Shown here: positions 23,015-24,000 of the stretch, piece after piece
How positions within the stretch are numbered: position 1 is the stretch's first letter
Layout: each line of letters starts with the position of its first letter
Assembly: GCA_030631415.1 (NCBI GenBank)
Contig: DAOVLE010000036.1
Coordinates: 1 to 24,000 of the forward strand
Source: Phycisphaerales bacterium
GTDB lineage: Bacteria > Planctomycetota > Phycisphaerae > UBA1845
Direction: 5' to 3'
DNA: 24,000 nucleotides
Translations under genes and position numbers: made by a program
The notes under the pieces: generated by a model
Databases searched by the model: none
Told to the model about the DNA's origin: nothing
The model's input: the letters and a program-made list of their open reading frames with translations, nothing else

Positions 23015-23740
23015 ATGGTGAGTGCAACGATGTTTTTACCGGCTGTGGATGGTGTTCGCCGTGCGGGATTGGCAAGACCGCTGGAGGCGTTGGTTTTCCT
23101 GCTCCCACTGATTGTGGTCTCGGAGCTTGGGTCGCGTTGGTTTGGGGTTTCTGCTGAGTTCCCGGAGCAAGGGCGCGTTGTCGCGTTTCACCTGCTCCGG
23201 TTTTTCTTTCAGTTGTTCGGCTCGACAGGGGCGCTCATGCCCGCCCTGGCGGTGGTGGCGATCCTGTTGAGTACGCATGTCGTCTCCGGGCAACCGTGGC
23301 AAGTGCGCAAGTCGGCGGTGGGGTTGATGTGCCTCGAGTCGATGGCGTGGGCCTTGCCCCTGCTTCTCATTAACCATTGGGTCAGGTTGGCCCAAGGCCC
23401 GAAGCCGAGCGAGTGGCTGGGGCAGGCGACACTGGGTATCGGAGCGGGCATCTACGAAGAGCTGGTCTTTCGGCTCATACTGGTCACGGCGATCGTAATG
23501 ATCGGGTCGGACCTGTTGGGTCGCCGCCAGGCGGTGATGCTGCTGGTTGCCATTGTCGTCTCCGCCCTGCTGTTTGCGGCGCACCACCATCCTCCGGTGG
23601 GCAGTGATCCTTTTGATGCGAGCCGCTTTTTGTTCCGCACATTGGCGGGTGTGTATCTGGGGGTGATATTTGCTGTGCGGGGTTATGGGCTGGCTGCCGG
23701 GACCCATGCCGCGTACAACCTGATCGTCCTGGCCCTGTAG
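23015..23740 (+). CDS. CPBP family (CAAX/Abi-type) intramembrane glutamic endopeptidase
   Basis: ORF 22943-23740 trimmed to ATG 23015, past the REPIN. Polytopic membrane protein with all three CPBP motifs: YEELVFRL (EExxxR), FAAHH (FxxxH), HAAYN (HxxxN). The TAG stop (23738-23740) lies in a GTAG repeat head. Confidence 0.85.
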   Translation: MVSATMFLPAVDGVRRAGLARPLEALVFLLPLIVVSELGSRWFGVSAEFPEQGRVVAFHLLRFFFQLFGSTGALMPALAVVAILLSTHVVSGQPWQVRKSAVGLMCLESMAWALPLLLINHWVRLAQGPKPSEWLGQATLGIGAGIYEELVFRLILVTAIVMIGSDLLGRRQAVMLLVAIVVSALLFAAHHHPPVGSDPFDASRFLFRTLAGVYLGVIFAVRGYGLAAGTHAAYNLIVLAL

Positions 23741-23855
23741 GGCGGGTTCCACCCGCCTTCCTGGCGTGGTGCGGCGGGTGGAACCCGCCCTACTGGCGGC
23801 AGCATCGCGTTGAACCGATATTACTAAACGCCAGCGCGGGTGGAACCCGCCCTAC
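23737..23855. repeat. Family-A REPIN-like doublet plus an extra right arm
   Basis: GTAGGGCGGGTTCCACCCGCC (23737-23757), GGCGGGTGGAACCCGCCCTAC (23773-23793), GCGGGTGGAACCCGCCCTAC (23836-23855). Confidence 0.9.
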
Positions 23856-23864
23856 CGGCTCAGC

Positions 23865-23892
23865 TTGTGGCCTGGGGGTCTTGCGGTATAAT
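23865..23892 (+). promoter_or_regulatory. sigma70-type promoter candidate for the downstream partial gene
   Basis: TTGTGG (23865-23870), 16-bp spacer, perfect TATAAT (23887-23892). About 55 nt upstream of the ATG at 23948. Confidence 0.4.
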
Positions 23893-23947
23893 GAAATTTG
23901 GTGCGTCTTTGAGTAGCGGCGTATCAAACCCTCGAAGGAGGTTTCAA

Positions 23948-24000
23948 ATGGTTGTCTTCCGGCGTATTGTCGTTTGCGGGGTGTTGCTTGGCGTGGTCGG
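23948..24000 (+). CDS. 5' end of an exported/membrane protein (truncated by the window end)
   Basis: AAGGAGG (23935-23941), 6 nt, then ATG 23948. MVVFRRIVVCGVLLGVV... looks like a signal peptide or TM helix. Only about 17 codons are visible. Confidence 0.5.
   Translation, partial: MVVFRRIVVCGVLLGVV

Noticed and set aside
23036-23752. 238-aa minus-strand ORF
   Set aside because: Antisense shadow of the CPBP protease gene, which has all three catalytic motifs.
6157-23855. Could the recurring 21-nt repeats be a CRISPR array?
   Set aside because: Copies are dispersed over the whole window in separate intergenic spacers and occur as inverted (not direct) pairs with irregular 11-33-nt gaps. There is no array of 3 or more direct repeats and there are no cas genes.
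1-24000. tRNA, rRNA, tmRNA, riboswitch, transposase/integrase, prophage, toxin-antitoxin or known defence-system genes
   Set aside because: I looked through all spacers and ORF translations. There are no cloverleaf-like T-arm/anticodon patterns, no rRNA-like stretches, no DDE/HUH/tyrosine-recombinase motifs, and no nuclease/ATPase pairs resembling defence modules. Detection by eye is limited, so small ncRNAs cannot be excluded.

Overview
GC-rich chromosomal segment. The gene content points to a Planctomycetota/PVC-type genome: a DUF1559 'H-X9-DG' prepilin-like gene, a giant beta-helix/dockerin surface protein, and an ECF sigma factor overlapping a Ser/Thr kinase. Plus strand, in order: a sigma70-type promoter and a GTGG-repeat operator candidate; mraZ; a 778-bp repeat-filled spacer with a possible 80-aa ORF; rsmH; a TM + 2xLysM protein; an FtsL-like protein; ftsI (the dcw cluster stops here, no mur/ftsW genes follow); ECF sigma; Ser/Thr kinase; pseudopilin-like protein; and a ~1600-aa secreted beta-helix/dockerin protein split by a frame change near 12.12 kb. 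Minus strand: folP, ftsH, lptE-like, bamD-like, and an 843-aa zinc-ribbon/kinase/TPR protein. Plus strand again: a CPBP intramembrane protease and the first codons of a signal-peptide protein. I found no rRNA/tRNA, CRISPR array, transposase, integrase, phage gene or recognisable defence gene. I cannot honestly point to a new multi-gene 'system' here. What the gene list does not explain is the roughly 15% that is non-coding. Nearly every spacer longer than 60 bp is filled with repeats of three kinds: several families of GC-rich palindromic repeats with 5' GTAG heads (REP/REPIN-like inverted doublets), a modular 170-310-bp composite element present in about 2.5 copies, and heptamer/octamer tandem arrays. 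Four genes take their TAG stop codon from the GTAG head of a repeat, and one gene's only usable start codon lies inside a repeat arm. These repeats, the sigma/kinase/pilin/adhesin block and the atypical dcw layout are the items worth a second look. All protein calls rest on motifs read by eye; no database search was possible.
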